Below are positions 49,503 through 59,983 of a DNA stretch of 64,000 nucleotides, in pieces. The notes beneath the pieces are model-generated. The model was not told the origin of the DNA. It saw only the letters and a program-made list of their open reading frames with translations, and searched no databases. Made by a program: the position numbers and the translations under genes. The stretch is taken from assembly GCA_902590625.1 (NCBI GenBank), contig CACIXL010000003.1, forward strand, positions 2,294 to 66,293, given 5' to 3'. This DNA comes from an uncultured Pelagibacteraceae bacterium (GTDB lineage: Bacteria > Pseudomonadota > Alphaproteobacteria > Pelagibacterales > Pelagibacteraceae). Numbering within the stretch: position 1 is the first letter of the stretch; every line of letters starts with the position of its first letter.

Positions 49503-50456
49503 ATGAAAAATAGCTATTCAAATATATTTTCTTTCAACAAAAATATTCTTAAAAAATCTATTAAATATTTAAATAATAGCAATATTGTTGGTTTGCCAAC
49601 TGAGACAGTTTATGGGCTAGGTGGAAATGCTTACTCTAAAAAATCAATTGAGAAAATTTATAAGTTAAAAGGAAGGCCAAAATCAAATCCTCTTATAGTG
49701 CATTATTTCGATTTAAAAGACGCCTCGAAGGATATTGTTATTAATGAAAGATTTAGAAAACTTTATGCTCAATTATGTCCAGGTCCAATTACATTTGTCT
49801 TAAAAAAAAAATATGGATCAAAAATAAATCCTCTAGGTGTTGCTAAATTAAATACGGTTGCGGTAAGATTTCCAAAACATAAAATTATTAGATCAATATT
49901 AAAGAATATTAATTTTCCATTAGCAATGCCAAGTGCAAATAAGTCTACAAATGTAAGCCCAGTAACTGCCAAAGATGTATGTGATGAATTTAAAAGAAAA
50001 ATTAAATTAATTATAGATGGAGGTAAATGTAAAATTGGAATTGAATCTACTGTAATTGATTTATCAAATGAGCCAAGAATTTTAAGGCCTGGTATAATCG
50101 ATAAAACTACAATCGAAAAAATATTAAAAAAAAAAATGAAAAATATTAAAAATAACAAAATAGTATCTCCAGGGATGATGCAAAAACATTATTCACCAGG
50201 TATACCAGTGACAATTAATCAAAAAAAACATGATGGTAAAAGTGCATTTATATATCTAGGAGACAAATACTATAATAAGAGTAAATTTTTTAGCCTGAGT
50301 AAAAATTTTAACCTTAATGAAGCAGCTTCAAATTTATATAAAATATTTAGATTAATAAAAAAAAAGGGTTTTAAAAAAATTCAAATAGGTAAAATTCCCA
50401 ATCTTCGGTCTGGTATAGCTATTAATGATAGGATAAAACGAGCATCAAATTCTTAA
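49503..50456 (+). CDS. threonylcarbamoyl-AMP synthase, Sua5 type
   Basis: PTETVYGL, KGRP..NPLIVH, PSAN, GIESTV, SPG...HY. Confidence 0.93.
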   Translation: MKNSYSNIFSFNKNILKKSIKYLNNSNIVGLPTETVYGLGGNAYSKKSIEKIYKLKGRPKSNPLIVHYFDLKDASKDIVINERFRKLYAQLCPGPITFVLKKKYGSKINPLGVAKLNTVAVRFPKHKIIRSILKNINFPLAMPSANKSTNVSPVTAKDVCDEFKRKIKLIIDGGKCKIGIESTVIDLSNEPRILRPGIIDKTTIEKILKKKMKNIKNNKIVSPGMMQKHYSPGIPVTINQKKHDGKSAFIYLGDKYYNKSKFFSLSKNFNLNEAASNLYKIFRLIKKKGFKKIQIGKIPNLRSGIAINDRIKRASNS

Positions 50457-51191
50457 ATGAAATTAGAGGTTAAAAATCTTATTAAAAAATTTAAAACTAC
50501 AATTGCTGTAAATAATATTAGTTTAGAAATCGAAAAAAACAGCACTTTGGGCCTTCTTGGTCCTAATGGTTGTGGTAAGACAACTTCTATTGGTATGATG
50601 CTGGGCTTAATTACACCAACTAATGGTGAAATCTTAATAGATGGAATACCACTTATTTCTAAAAATAGGATTAAGCTTTTAAGTTTAATGAATTTTTGTT
50701 CTCCTTACATTGAATTACCTAAAAAACTTACAGTGATACAAAATTTAGAAGTTTATGCCAGATTATATGGAGTTAAGGAAATAAGTGATAGAATTGAAGA
50801 ATTAGTTGAAGATCTCAATTTAAATAAATTTTTATATAAAAAGACAGGAGAGCTATCGTCAGGACAGAAAAACAGGGTTTCACTTGCAAAATCATTAATA
50901 AATAAACCTAAATTACTTTTTTTAGATGAGCCTACAGCAAGCCTGGATCCAGATGTTGGGGATTTTGTAAGAGAATACTTGGAGCAATATAAAAATAAAA
51001 ATGAATTAACTGTATTGTTAGCTTCTCATAACATGAAAGAAGTAGAAAGGTTGTGCAATAAAATTGTTATGATGAAAGAAGGTAAAATTGTAGATAGAGG
51101 AACATGTAAAGAATTAATAAATAAACATGGTAGAGTAAATTTAGAGGATACTTTTCTTAAAATCGCGAGAGGAAAAAATGAGTTGGAATAA
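50457..51191 (+). CDS. ABC transporter ATP-binding protein
   Basis: GPNGCGKT, LSSGQ, LDEPT, SH. Confidence 0.93.
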   Translation: MKLEVKNLIKKFKTTIAVNNISLEIEKNSTLGLLGPNGCGKTTSIGMMLGLITPTNGEILIDGIPLISKNRIKLLSLMNFCSPYIELPKKLTVIQNLEVYARLYGVKEISDRIEELVEDLNLNKFLYKKTGELSSGQKNRVSLAKSLINKPKLLFLDEPTASLDPDVGDFVREYLEQYKNKNELTVLLASHNMKEVERLCNKIVMMKEGKIVDRGTCKELINKHGRVNLEDTFLKIARGKNELE

Positions 51192-51969
51192 AATATACGC
51201 TTTAAGCCTCAGACATATATATCTAATTAAAGGATCTTTTCCAAGAATTCTTGATTTAATTTATTGGCCAACAATTCAAATTTTTCTTTGGGGATTTATC
51301 TCAAAATTTTTTACTTTAAATTCAACTTATTATGAAAATACAGTTGGTATAATTTTAAGTGCAGCAATACTTTATGACTTTTTATTTAGATCTAGTATTA
51401 GTTATAATATGATGTTCCTGGAGGAAATTTGGAGTAGAAATTTTACAAATTTATTCATTGCTCCTATAAAGATTAGTGAGATTATTTCAGCACTAACGTT
51501 TACAGCAATTTTTAGAACTTTAATTGGGTTAGTTCCAGCTGCGCTTTTAGCAATACCATTATTTGATGTTTCAATTTTTAAAATTGGTATTCCATTAATA
51601 TTCTTGTTAGTTTCTCTGTATATTTTTGGTGTAACTTTAGGTCTTTTGGTAACTTCTGGTTTAATTCGTTTTGGGCCTTCTTTCGAAAATATTGCATGGG
51701 CAAGCTTGTTTTTTTTAGCTCCGTTAGGTTGCATTTATTATCCTATTGAAATATTACCTGAGTGGCTTCAATTTGTTGCGAAATTATTACCTCTAGTTCA
51801 TTTATTTGAGGAAATGAGAAACATATTAGTTAATGATCTAATTAATTATTATGAAGTATTAAAAGCATGTATTATTTCTTTTATATATTTTATTGGGGGT
51901 ATAGTTATTTTTTATTACTCTTATAATGGTGCAAAAGAACGTGGAACATTAATTAATATGGGGGAATAA
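51178..51969 (+). CDS. ABC-2 type exporter permease
   Basis: About six hydrophobic segments; YYP...LP.WLQ..A..LP motif. Confidence 0.88.
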   Translation: MSWNKIYALSLRHIYLIKGSFPRILDLIYWPTIQIFLWGFISKFFTLNSTYYENTVGIILSAAILYDFLFRSSISYNMMFLEEIWSRNFTNLFIAPIKISEIISALTFTAIFRTLIGLVPAALLAIPLFDVSIFKIGIPLIFLLVSLYIFGVTLGLLVTSGLIRFGPSFENIAWASLFFLAPLGCIYYPIEILPEWLQFVAKLLPLVHLFEEMRNILVNDLINYYEVLKACIISFIYFIGGIVIFYYSYNGAKERGTLINMGE

Positions 51970-52668
51970 TTGCATAAATTTATAGACAAAATTAAAAGAT
52001 TTGAAAGTAAGCCATTTATTATTGAAAACTTTTTGACCAAAGAGGAAGTTAGTTTATTTCAAAAACTTTACGAGGAACTCCCGATTGAAGTCAATAACAG
52101 AAGGCAAAAAATAATAAAAAAAAAATGGTCTGATGAATACAATAAAGACTTGCAAAGTACTTATATTAAAAAATTAAAAGGTGTCATATCAGATTTTCAA
52201 TTGGATAACCCTAAAACAATTAATGGAGCGAAAAGCTTAGGATTATTTCAAGAGAGTTATATGCCAGTTACATTACACGTTGACACAGGATTTGATTTTA
52301 AAAAATTGATTTATAAACAAACTTTACTAGCTTTGTCAGATACAGGTGAAACTATAATCTTTAAAAATCGTTTTTATGGTTGTTCAACAACTTTTTCGAT
52401 CGATCCAAAAGAACTTTCATCAAAAGGATACAATAGAAGATCCTCTGAACATTTAAAATTATATGGTAATAAAGACTTTAATAAAGAGATACATGAAAAG
52501 TATTTAGGTCATGAAGACATTAACAATCTAAAAGGTTTGGAGGTTGAAATGGTATTTAAATGGAAATTGGGGGATTTACTTGTATTTGATAGATCAAATT
52601 TACACTGTTCTTCAAATAATATTAAAAATAAAAAACTTGGTTTTACAAGTTCTACTAAAAGATTATGA
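51970..52668 (+). CDS. putative Fe(II)/2-oxoglutarate oxygenase-fold protein
   Basis: IIENFL..EE, LHVD (HxD), WK.GDLLVFDR..LHCS (distal His); TTG start. Confidence 0.6.
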   Translation: MHKFIDKIKRFESKPFIIENFLTKEEVSLFQKLYEELPIEVNNRRQKIIKKKWSDEYNKDLQSTYIKKLKGVISDFQLDNPKTINGAKSLGLFQESYMPVTLHVDTGFDFKKLIYKQTLLALSDTGETIIFKNRFYGCSTTFSIDPKELSSKGYNRRSSEHLKLYGNKDFNKEIHEKYLGHEDINNLKGLEVEMVFKWKLGDLLVFDRSNLHCSSNNIKNKKLGFTSSTKRL

Positions 52669-53477
52669 AATTAATTGATTGTTTTATGTATTTTGATGAA
52701 GATCTAGTGTTAGATATTAGGCTTAATACGCTTAATGATAAAGTAAGTAAATTCATAATAGTAGAGGCAACAAAAAATCATGCTGGTGAAGATAAAAAAT
52801 TAAATTTTAAAATTGAAAATTTTTCAAAATTTAAAAATAAAATTAATTATATTGTAATTGATGACTTGCCTGTAAATGTTACACCTCCAAGAAAAGGTTG
52901 GCATGAAAATCATGCAAGAGATCAATTTCAAAGAAATTCAATCGCAAAAGGTTATAAGAATTGTAGTGATGATGATTTAATAATGATATCTGATATTGAT
53001 GAAATTCCAAATCCAAAAAAATTAGAAGAATTTAACATTGAAAGTAAGTATGCTTGTTTTTTACAAAAAAATTTTCAATCAAAAATAAACTTATTAAATA
53101 TTAGTGATGAAGATTGGCCTGGAACTAAAATATGTAAGAAGAAGTACCTTAAATCACCTCAATGGTTAAGAGATATTAAAGTCAAAAAAAAACCTTTTTG
53201 GAAAATTTTTGAAAAAAAAATTCAACTTATTAGTAATGGTGGTTGGCACTTTAGTTTTTTAAAGAGCCCAGAGTCAATTAAAAATAAGATTATTTCATAC
53301 TCACATCAAGAGTATAATAAAGAAGAATTTACAAACACTGATTTGATAAAGAAAAGAATTTCTTTGGGAGAAGATTTATTCCAAAGAAAGATTGAGTATA
53401 AAAAAGTTGAAATCGATGAATCTTTTCCTGAATATATATATAAAAATAAAGATAAGTTTAAAAGTTGGATTTTGTAA
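52665..53477 (+). CDS. glycosyltransferase family 17 (GnT-III-like)
   Basis: IDCFMYF.E..VL.IRL..L...V..FIIVEA, QRN, ISD.DEIP, GGWHFS, YSHQE. Confidence 0.85.
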   Translation: MKLIDCFMYFDEDLVLDIRLNTLNDKVSKFIIVEATKNHAGEDKKLNFKIENFSKFKNKINYIVIDDLPVNVTPPRKGWHENHARDQFQRNSIAKGYKNCSDDDLIMISDIDEIPNPKKLEEFNIESKYACFLQKNFQSKINLLNISDEDWPGTKICKKKYLKSPQWLRDIKVKKKPFWKIFEKKIQLISNGGWHFSFLKSPESIKNKIISYSHQEYNKEEFTNTDLIKKRISLGEDLFQRKIEYKKVEIDESFPEYIYKNKDKFKSWIL

Positions 53478-53480
53478 ATT

Positions 53481-53558
53481 TGGTGCGCCGGATAGGAGTC
53501 GAACCCATAACCTCCGGAGCCGAAATCCGGCGCTCTATCCAGTTGAAGCTACCGGCGC
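53481..53558 (-). tRNA. tRNA-Arg(TCG)
   Basis: GCGCCGG acceptor stem, D-loop GGA, anticodon arm CCGGA-TTTCGGC-TCCGG, GTTCGA, encoded CCA. Confidence 0.93.
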
Positions 53559-53582
53559 AACATATCCAATCTAAATTAATTT

Positions 53583-54563
53583 ATGAATAATACAATTAAA
53601 TTTTCTATTGATTCAAAAAATAGTGGAAAAAGATTAGATATTTTTTTGAGAGAAAATATAAGAAATCTTACAAGATCGTACATTAAAAAACTTATAGAAA
53701 ATAAAAATGTAAAACTAAACAACTCCAATCAATTATCTCCTTCAACGAAAGTTAAAAATAAAGATTCAGTTACAATAAATATTGTTCAAAATAATGAATC
53801 AGAAATTCTCCCAAAAAAAATTAAGTTAGATATTGTTTATGAAGATAGCGATATTTTAATTGTTAACAAACCTAAAGGGATGGTTGTACATCCAGGTGCA
53901 GGTAATTCTGAAAATACTTTAGTAAATGCTTTACTTTATAAATATAAAAATAAATTGTCTGACATAAATGGTTCCCTAAGACCAGGAATCGTTCACAGAA
54001 TTGACAAAGAAACTAGCGGCTTACTCGTTATCGCAAAAAATAATTTTGCTCATTCAAATTTAGGTGAACAGTTTAGTAAACATTCAATCAAAAGAAAATA
54101 TATTTGTTTATCTTGGGGTGTAATTAGACCCTTAAAAGGAAAAATTATTACATTAATAACAAGGGATAAAAAAAATCGACAATTAATGACTGTGAGTGAT
54201 ATTAGTGGAAAAAAAGCAATAACGAATTATAAAACTTTAAAAGTTTTTAATCTCAAAGATATACCTAAAATAAGTTTAATTGAATGTGAACTTGAGACTG
54301 GGAGGACGCATCAAATCAGAGTACATTTAAAATATAAAGGAATCTCGTTACTAGGAGATAAACAATACGGAAAAAAAAATATTAAATTTAAAAAGATAAA
54401 TAATGAATTTTTTGAAAAGTTAAACAGATTATCTGGCCAAGCACTTCATGCACAAACACTGGAATTTGAACATCCTAAAACAAAAAAATGGGTAAGTTTT
54501 AATTCTAAATTACCAGAAGGGTTTAAAAATATATTGAATTTTCTTGAAAATTTAAGCAGTTGA
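53583..54563 (+). CDS. rluD: 23S rRNA pseudouridine synthase
   Basis: S4 domain, NKP.GMVVHPG, RPGIVHRIDKETSG, TGRTHQIRVH; rluD-rpoH synteny. Confidence 0.92.
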   Translation: MNNTIKFSIDSKNSGKRLDIFLRENIRNLTRSYIKKLIENKNVKLNNSNQLSPSTKVKNKDSVTINIVQNNESEILPKKIKLDIVYEDSDILIVNKPKGMVVHPGAGNSENTLVNALLYKYKNKLSDINGSLRPGIVHRIDKETSGLLVIAKNNFAHSNLGEQFSKHSIKRKYICLSWGVIRPLKGKIITLITRDKKNRQLMTVSDISGKKAITNYKTLKVFNLKDIPKISLIECELETGRTHQIRVHLKYKGISLLGDKQYGKKNIKFKKINNEFFEKLNRLSGQALHAQTLEFEHPKTKKWVSFNSKLPEGFKNILNFLENLSS

Positions 54564-54593
54564 AATAATAAAATTAATATATAAATAAAAAAT

Positions 54594-55490
54594 ATGAGTG
54601 AAAAAAATCAAATCTCTAACCTGCCTGTTCCATCGATTGGTGGTTTATCGATCTATTTAGCTCAAATAAAAAAATTTCCAATGCTCGATGCGGAGGAAGA
54701 ATATATGTTGGCAAAAAACTGGAAAGAAAACGGCAACTTAAAAGCTGCGCATAAGTTAGTAACAAGTCATTTACGATTAGTAGCAAAGATTGCAATGGGT
54801 TATAGAGGTTACGGTCTTCCAGTAAATGAATTGATTTCAGAGGGTAACTTAGGCTTGATGCAAGCGGTAAAAAAATTTGACCCCGATAAAGGATTTAGAC
54901 TCGCAACATATGCTATGTGGTGGATAAAAGCTGCTATCCAAGAATATGTATTAAGATCATGGAGCTTAGTAAAAATGGGAACTACTACGGCCCAAAAGAA
55001 ACTTTTTTTTAATCTTAAAAAACTTAAAAATCAGATTGCACCTGGTCAAGATGGAGATTTAAAAGACGAGCAAGTTAATGAGATATCAAAAAGGTTAGAT
55101 GTTGATTCACATGAAGTCATAAATATGAATAGAAGAATGATGGGTCACGAAAAATCTTTAAATGATCCAATCAAAAATGGTGAGACTGATGAATGGCAGG
55201 ATTGGTTGGTTGATGATAGTCTTGATCAAGAATTAATTATTTCTCAAAAACAAGAATACGATGATAAGAAAGAACTATTAGAAAATGCAATGAAAATTTT
55301 AAATGATAGAGAAAAAGAAATTATTGTTGCTAGAAGACTTTCGGAGAGTCCAAAAACATTAGAAGAATTAAGTAAAAAATACAAGATTAGTAGAGAAAGA
55401 ATAAGACAAATTGAAACTAAAGCTTTTGAAAAATTACAAAAATCTATGATCAATGCGAGTAAGTCAAAAAATTTACTTCCCGCAAATTAA
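54594..55490 (+). CDS. rpoH: RNA polymerase sigma-32
   Basis: RpoH box QKKLFFNL; SHLRLV.KIA.GYRGYG; SRERIRQIE. Confidence 0.96.
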   Translation: MSEKNQISNLPVPSIGGLSIYLAQIKKFPMLDAEEEYMLAKNWKENGNLKAAHKLVTSHLRLVAKIAMGYRGYGLPVNELISEGNLGLMQAVKKFDPDKGFRLATYAMWWIKAAIQEYVLRSWSLVKMGTTTAQKKLFFNLKKLKNQIAPGQDGDLKDEQVNEISKRLDVDSHEVINMNRRMMGHEKSLNDPIKNGETDEWQDWLVDDSLDQELIISQKQEYDDKKELLENAMKILNDREKEIIVARRLSESPKTLEELSKKYKISRERIRQIETKAFEKLQKSMINASKSKNLLPAN

Positions 55491-56779
55491 TTTTTAAAAG
55501 GATCTTCAACTAAAATTGTATCATCTCTTTCGGGGCTTGTTGATATACTAGATATTCTAGCTTGAATAAAATCTTCCAATGCATGAATATATTTTTTGGC
55601 ATTGTCTGGTAGGTCTTTAAGATTTCTAATTCCTTTTGTTTGCGATTTCCAGCCAGGGAAAGTTTTGTAAATTGGTTTAATATTAAATTGATCTTCTGAT
55701 GCTGCAGGTAAATAATCAAGTTTTTTTCCATTTAATTCATACCCCACACATATTTTGATTTCTTCCAACTCATCTAGCACATCTAATTTAGTTAATGCTA
55801 TTCCATCAATTCCTGAAATTTTGATAGTCTGTTTTACTAAAACCCCATCAAACCAACCACATCTTCTTTTTCTTGATGTTACTGTACCAAACTCTTTACC
55901 TCTTCTACCTAAGCTGTCACCTATCTCATCATCTAACTCAGTTGGAAATGGGCCGCTACCTACTCTTGTCGTATAAGCTTTAGTTATTCCTAAAATATAA
56001 TGAATTTTATTTGGGCCTGACCCTGAGCCAGTAGCTGCCATTGCAGGCACAGTATTTGAAGATGTAACATAAGGGTAGGTCCCGTGATCAACATCCAGCA
56101 AAATACCCTGAGCTCCTTCGAATAATATTTTTTTTCTCTCATTGATGAATTGATCAAGTTTTAGCCAAACAGGTTGTGCAAACTTTAATATATTAGGAGC
56201 TATACTTAACAACTCTTTTTTAAGCACATCTTTTTCATATATCTTTTTATTCAAACCTTTTCTAATTGCATTATGATGTAATAAAACATTTTCTAATCTT
56301 TTATCCAAGTTTCTCTCAGATCTTAAATCCATAACTCTAATTGACCTTCTTCCGACTTTATCCTCATAACACGGTCCGATACCTCTTCTAGTGGTTCCTA
56401 TTTTTCCTTTGCCAGCAGCATCTTCTCTTATCTCATCCATTTCTTGGTGAAAAGGAAGAATAAGAGATGCAGATTCAGAAATCATGAAATTTTCAGGAGT
56501 AACATCTACACCTTGTTTTTTTATTTCTTCTATTTCACTTAAAAGAGCCCATGGATCAATCACAACTCCATTTCCGAGTATTGAAATTTTTCCTTTTCTA
56601 ACAATACCTGATGGTAATAATCTTAATTTGAATACTTTTTTATCAATAACTAAAGTATGTCCGGCGTTATGACCACCTTGAAATCTTACTACTACGTCAG
56701 CTTCACTAGAAAGCCAATCGACTATTTTTCCTTTTCCCTCATCTCCCCATTGTGAACCTACTACAACTACATTTTTCAT
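55487..56779 (-). CDS. purA: adenylosuccinate synthetase
   Basis: [37 protein letters not shown]. Confidence 0.98.
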   Translation of the reverse strand: MKNVVVVGSQWGDEGKGKIVDWLSSEADVVVRFQGGHNAGHTLVIDKKVFKLRLLPSGIVRKGKISILGNGVVIDPWALLSEIEEIKKQGVDVTPENFMISESASLILPFHQEMDEIREDAAGKGKIGTTRRGIGPCYEDKVGRRSIRVMDLRSERNLDKRLENVLLHHNAIRKGLNKKIYEKDVLKKELLSIAPNILKFAQPVWLKLDQFINERKKILFEGAQGILLDVDHGTYPYVTSSNTVPAMAATGSGSGPNKIHYILGITKAYTTRVGSGPFPTELDDEIGDSLGRRGKEFGTVTSRKRRCGWFDGVLVKQTIKISGIDGIALTKLDVLDELEEIKICVGYELNGKKLDYLPAASEDQFNIKPIYKTFPGWKSQTKGIRNLKDLPDNAKKYIHALEDFIQARISSISTSPERDDTILVEDPFKN

Positions 56780-57591
56780 TATTTGAATTTTTTTTTAATT
56801 TTAAATGAATTTAAGTGATTGATCGGACCGTTCCCTTTTCCTAAATTTAAATTTGATCTTATTGCCTCATTAACATATTTAATTCCATACTCACAAGATT
56901 TAATCAAATCTTTTCCACATGATAAATATGTTGCTATTGCAGAAGATAATGTGCAACCGGTACCATGAGTATTTTTTGATCTATACTTTTTACTACTAAA
57001 TATCTTAATATTTTTTTTATTTAAGAAAATATCATAAATTTTATTAGATTTTAAATGTCCGCCTTTTATCAAAACATTTTTAGCTCCTAAGTTGATTAAG
57101 ATTTTACCAGCTTTAATCATATCTCTAGTAGAATTTATTTTTGTTTTAGTTAAAATTTCAGCTTCTGGAATGTTTGGTGTTATTAATAAAATATTCCTCA
57201 TTAATTTATTTTTAATATAAATTATTGCTGCACTATTTATTAGTTTTGCTCCACCTTTAGCAACCATTACTGGATCAAGGATTATCTTTTTAGTTTTAAT
57301 TTTTTTAAGAGATTTTATCACGAATTTAATTACATCTTTTGAATGTAACATACCTATTTTCACAACATCAGGCCTAATATCTTTTGCAGAAAAATCAATT
57401 TGACGAGAGATTTCTTTTGGTTGTATTGAAGTAATTGATTTTACTCCTGTGGTATTTTGAGCGGTGACAGCTGTAATAGCAGTCATGGCGTATCCCCCAA
57501 GTGATGTAACAGTTTTAATATCTGCTTGAATGCCTGCGCCGCCAGAGGAGTCGGAACCAGCAATAATTAAAATTTTTGATTTAGGTTTCAT
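56779..57591 (-). CDS. thiD: hydroxymethylpyrimidine/phosphomethylpyrimidine kinase
   Basis: [37 protein letters not shown]. Confidence 0.96.
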   Translation of the reverse strand: MKPKSKILIIAGSDSSGGAGIQADIKTVTSLGGYAMTAITAVTAQNTTGVKSITSIQPKEISRQIDFSAKDIRPDVVKIGMLHSKDVIKFVIKSLKKIKTKKIILDPVMVAKGGAKLINSAAIIYIKNKLMRNILLITPNIPEAEILTKTKINSTRDMIKAGKILINLGAKNVLIKGGHLKSNKIYDIFLNKKNIKIFSSKKYRSKNTHGTGCTLSSAIATYLSCGKDLIKSCEYGIKYVNEAIRSNLNLGKGNGPINHLNSFKIKKKFK

Positions 57592-57593
57592 TA

Positions 57594-58925
57594 TTAATGA
57601 ATTGTTTTTTTAACCATAGCGATACATTTATTCATTAAAGAAATATCAAATGACTCACACATTATTCTAATTTTGGGTTCGGTTCCCGAAGGTCTTACTA
57701 ATAATCTTCCATTGTTTTTAATTAATTCGTTGGCTTTTTTAATAGCTTTTTTGCATTTAATTGAGTTTATAACATCCTTATTTTTAACTTTTATATTTAA
57801 AAGTTTTTGAGGAACTGGCTTATATACCTTAAATACTTTACTAGCTAGTTTTCCTTTTCTTAATGCAAATAATGTTTCCAAAGCAACCAACAAGCCATCA
57901 CCTGTAGTAGCAAATTTGCCTAGAATTATATGTCCTGATTGTTCGCCACCCAAATTATAGTTATATTTTCTCATCATTTCTTTTACATATCTGTCCCCTA
58001 CTTTTGATCTTTTAAAATTGATTTTCTCATTAAAAAAAAACTTTTCTAAACCATAATTAGACATTAATGTTCCAACTACTCCACCTTTCAAAATTTTTTT
58101 TCTTTTCCATCTTTTTGCAATCATTGCGATTATTTGATCACCATCAATTATTTGTGCTTTCTCATCACACATAATTACTCTATCTGCGTCACCATCTAGA
58201 GCAATACCTATATCTGCCCTAAATTTTCTAACGTATTTTCTTAAAATTTCTGGAAATGTTGATCCACAATTGTAGTTGATATTCAAGCCATTAGGTTTGA
58301 CGCCAGTCGAGAAAACTTTTGCACCTAAATCAGAGAGTATTCTAGGTGCAGATTTATATCCGGCTCCATTAGCGCAATCTAAAACTATACGCATACCTCT
58401 AAGACTAAAATTATCTGGAAAATTATTCCTTAAAATATCAATATATCTTTTGTTTCCATCTTCTAATCTTTTTACTCTACCTAATGATTTTGATTCTGAT
58501 AAATGATTTGTAGTTTTTGTATCAATTAAGTTTTCAATCTTTTTTTCAATCTTATCAGATAATTTCATTCCATCCGGCCCAAATAACTTTAAACCATTAT
58601 CATGAAAGGGATTATGTGATGCAGTAATCATTATCCCAAGATTAGCTTTCATTTTTTTAGTCAACATTGCTAAGCCATTTGTTGGTAAAGGTCCTAATGT
58701 GAAAATGTGCATTCCTGCAGAGGCTAAACCAGATACTAAAGCTGGTTCAAGAGTATATCCGGATAATCTAGTATCTTTTGCAATAATTGCTACTTGTTTC
58801 TTTTTTTTTAAATTCTTAAAATAAGTTCCCGCTGCTAAACCGAATTTAAAAAATTTTTCACCATTAATGTTACCAATATTGACTGTTCCTCTTATTCCAT
58901 CAGTACCAAAATATTTTTTTTTCAT
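57594..58925 (-). CDS. glmM: phosphoglucosamine mutase
   Basis: FGTDGIRG, ITASHNP, DGDADR, GGEQSGH, RPSGTEP. Confidence 0.96.
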   Translation of the reverse strand: MKKKYFGTDGIRGTVNIGNINGEKFFKFGLAAGTYFKNLKKKKQVAIIAKDTRLSGYTLEPALVSGLASAGMHIFTLGPLPTNGLAMLTKKMKANLGIMITASHNPFHDNGLKLFGPDGMKLSDKIEKKIENLIDTKTTNHLSESKSLGRVKRLEDGNKRYIDILRNNFPDNFSLRGMRIVLDCANGAGYKSAPRILSDLGAKVFSTGVKPNGLNINYNCGSTFPEILRKYVRKFRADIGIALDGDADRVIMCDEKAQIIDGDQIIAMIAKRWKRKKILKGGVVGTLMSNYGLEKFFFNEKINFKRSKVGDRYVKEMMRKYNYNLGGEQSGHIILGKFATTGDGLLVALETLFALRKGKLASKVFKVYKPVPQKLLNIKVKNKDVINSIKCKKAIKKANELIKNNGRLLVRPSGTEPKIRIMCESFDISLMNKCIAMVKKTIH

Positions 58926-59980
58926 TTATTTAATAAAGTTTCAAATACCAAAAGTCCTTGTTTTACTTCTTCAACATTATGTACCCTAAATATTTTAATT
59001 CCCTGAGAAAAAGAAAAAATAATTGATGACAAAGTTCCGCCGATTCTTTCTTTCGTATCATATTTTCCAGAAATTTGACTTATAAATCTTTTTCTAGATG
59101 TCCCAATTAATATAGGAAAACCAAGTGAATGAAATAAAGAAATCTTACTCAATATCATCAAATTATGTTTCAAGTTTTTTCCAAAACCTATACCGGGATC
59201 TAGTATTAATTTTTTATGATATTTCTGTTTTTTAAATTTTATAATTTCATTCTCAAAAAAATCATATATGTCGATCAAAACATGACGGTATTTTGGATTT
59301 GTTTGCATAGTTTGAGGGGTTCCTTGCATGTGATGAATTATTTTCCAAAGATCTTTATTTTTAATAGTTTTTAGAGAGTTAGGATCAAATTTAAAACATG
59401 ATACATCGTTAACTATATCCACACCATTATTTATTGAAAAATTCATTACTAAAGACTTTCTTGTATCAATTGAAAATAAAGTTTTAGGAAATTTTTTTTT
59501 AAATTTTTCTACTACCTTTCTGACTCTTCTTAGTTCATCTTTTTGAGAGATAATCTTCGATCCAGGTCTAGTTGACTCTCCGCCGATATCAATAATATCA
59601 GCTCCAGCTTTTTTCATTTCTTTAATTCTTTGAAAGGCTGTTTTGAGGGAATTAAATTTACCCCCATCAGAAAAACTATCGGGCGTCATATTTAAAACTC
59701 CCATAATAATGTGACTCTTTTTTTTTAAAAAATATCTTTTTGCTGTTATTTTTTTCAAATCTTGCAATATTTTTTTTTTTATATTTGAAGATAATTTTTT
59801 TATTTTTTTGATGTCTATTATTTTAGAATCAATTTTCTGATTTTCTTTGATGAAAATTTCAACTTGATTAAATGAAATTGATTTTTCCCCACAAAGAGGT
59901 AGCGACAATTTTTTTTTGACTAGCTTTCTTGACTCAGAGCCATAAAAAAAATTACACGCACGAGTGTAATATTTTTTCAT
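58922..59980 (-). CDS. folP: dihydropteroate synthase with N-terminal extension
   Basis: MGVLN.TPDSFSDGG, GGESTRPG, DPGIGFGK, SRK.F, RVH. Confidence 0.95.
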   Translation of the reverse strand: MKKYYTRACNFFYGSESRKLVKKKLSLPLCGEKSISFNQVEIFIKENQKIDSKIIDIKKIKKLSSNIKKKILQDLKKITAKRYFLKKKSHIIMGVLNMTPDSFSDGGKFNSLKTAFQRIKEMKKAGADIIDIGGESTRPGSKIISQKDELRRVRKVVEKFKKKFPKTLFSIDTRKSLVMNFSINNGVDIVNDVSCFKFDPNSLKTIKNKDLWKIIHHMQGTPQTMQTNPKYRHVLIDIYDFFENEIIKFKKQKYHKKLILDPGIGFGKNLKHNLMILSKISLFHSLGFPILIGTSRKRFISQISGKYDTKERIGGTLSSIIFSFSQGIKIFRVHNVEEVKQGLLVFETLLNK

Positions 59981-59983
59981 GTT

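Noticed and set aside
53392-53574. 60-aa ORF in the supplied track
   Set aside because: Reads across the antisense strand of tRNA-Arg; spurious
54543-54593. Possible sigma-32 autoregulatory promoter for rpoH
   Set aside because: TTGAA elements are present but there is no convincing CC(C/T)AT -10 in this AT-rich context
57592-57640. TPP riboswitch ahead of thiD
   Set aside because: Only 2 nt separate glmM and thiD; no room or motif
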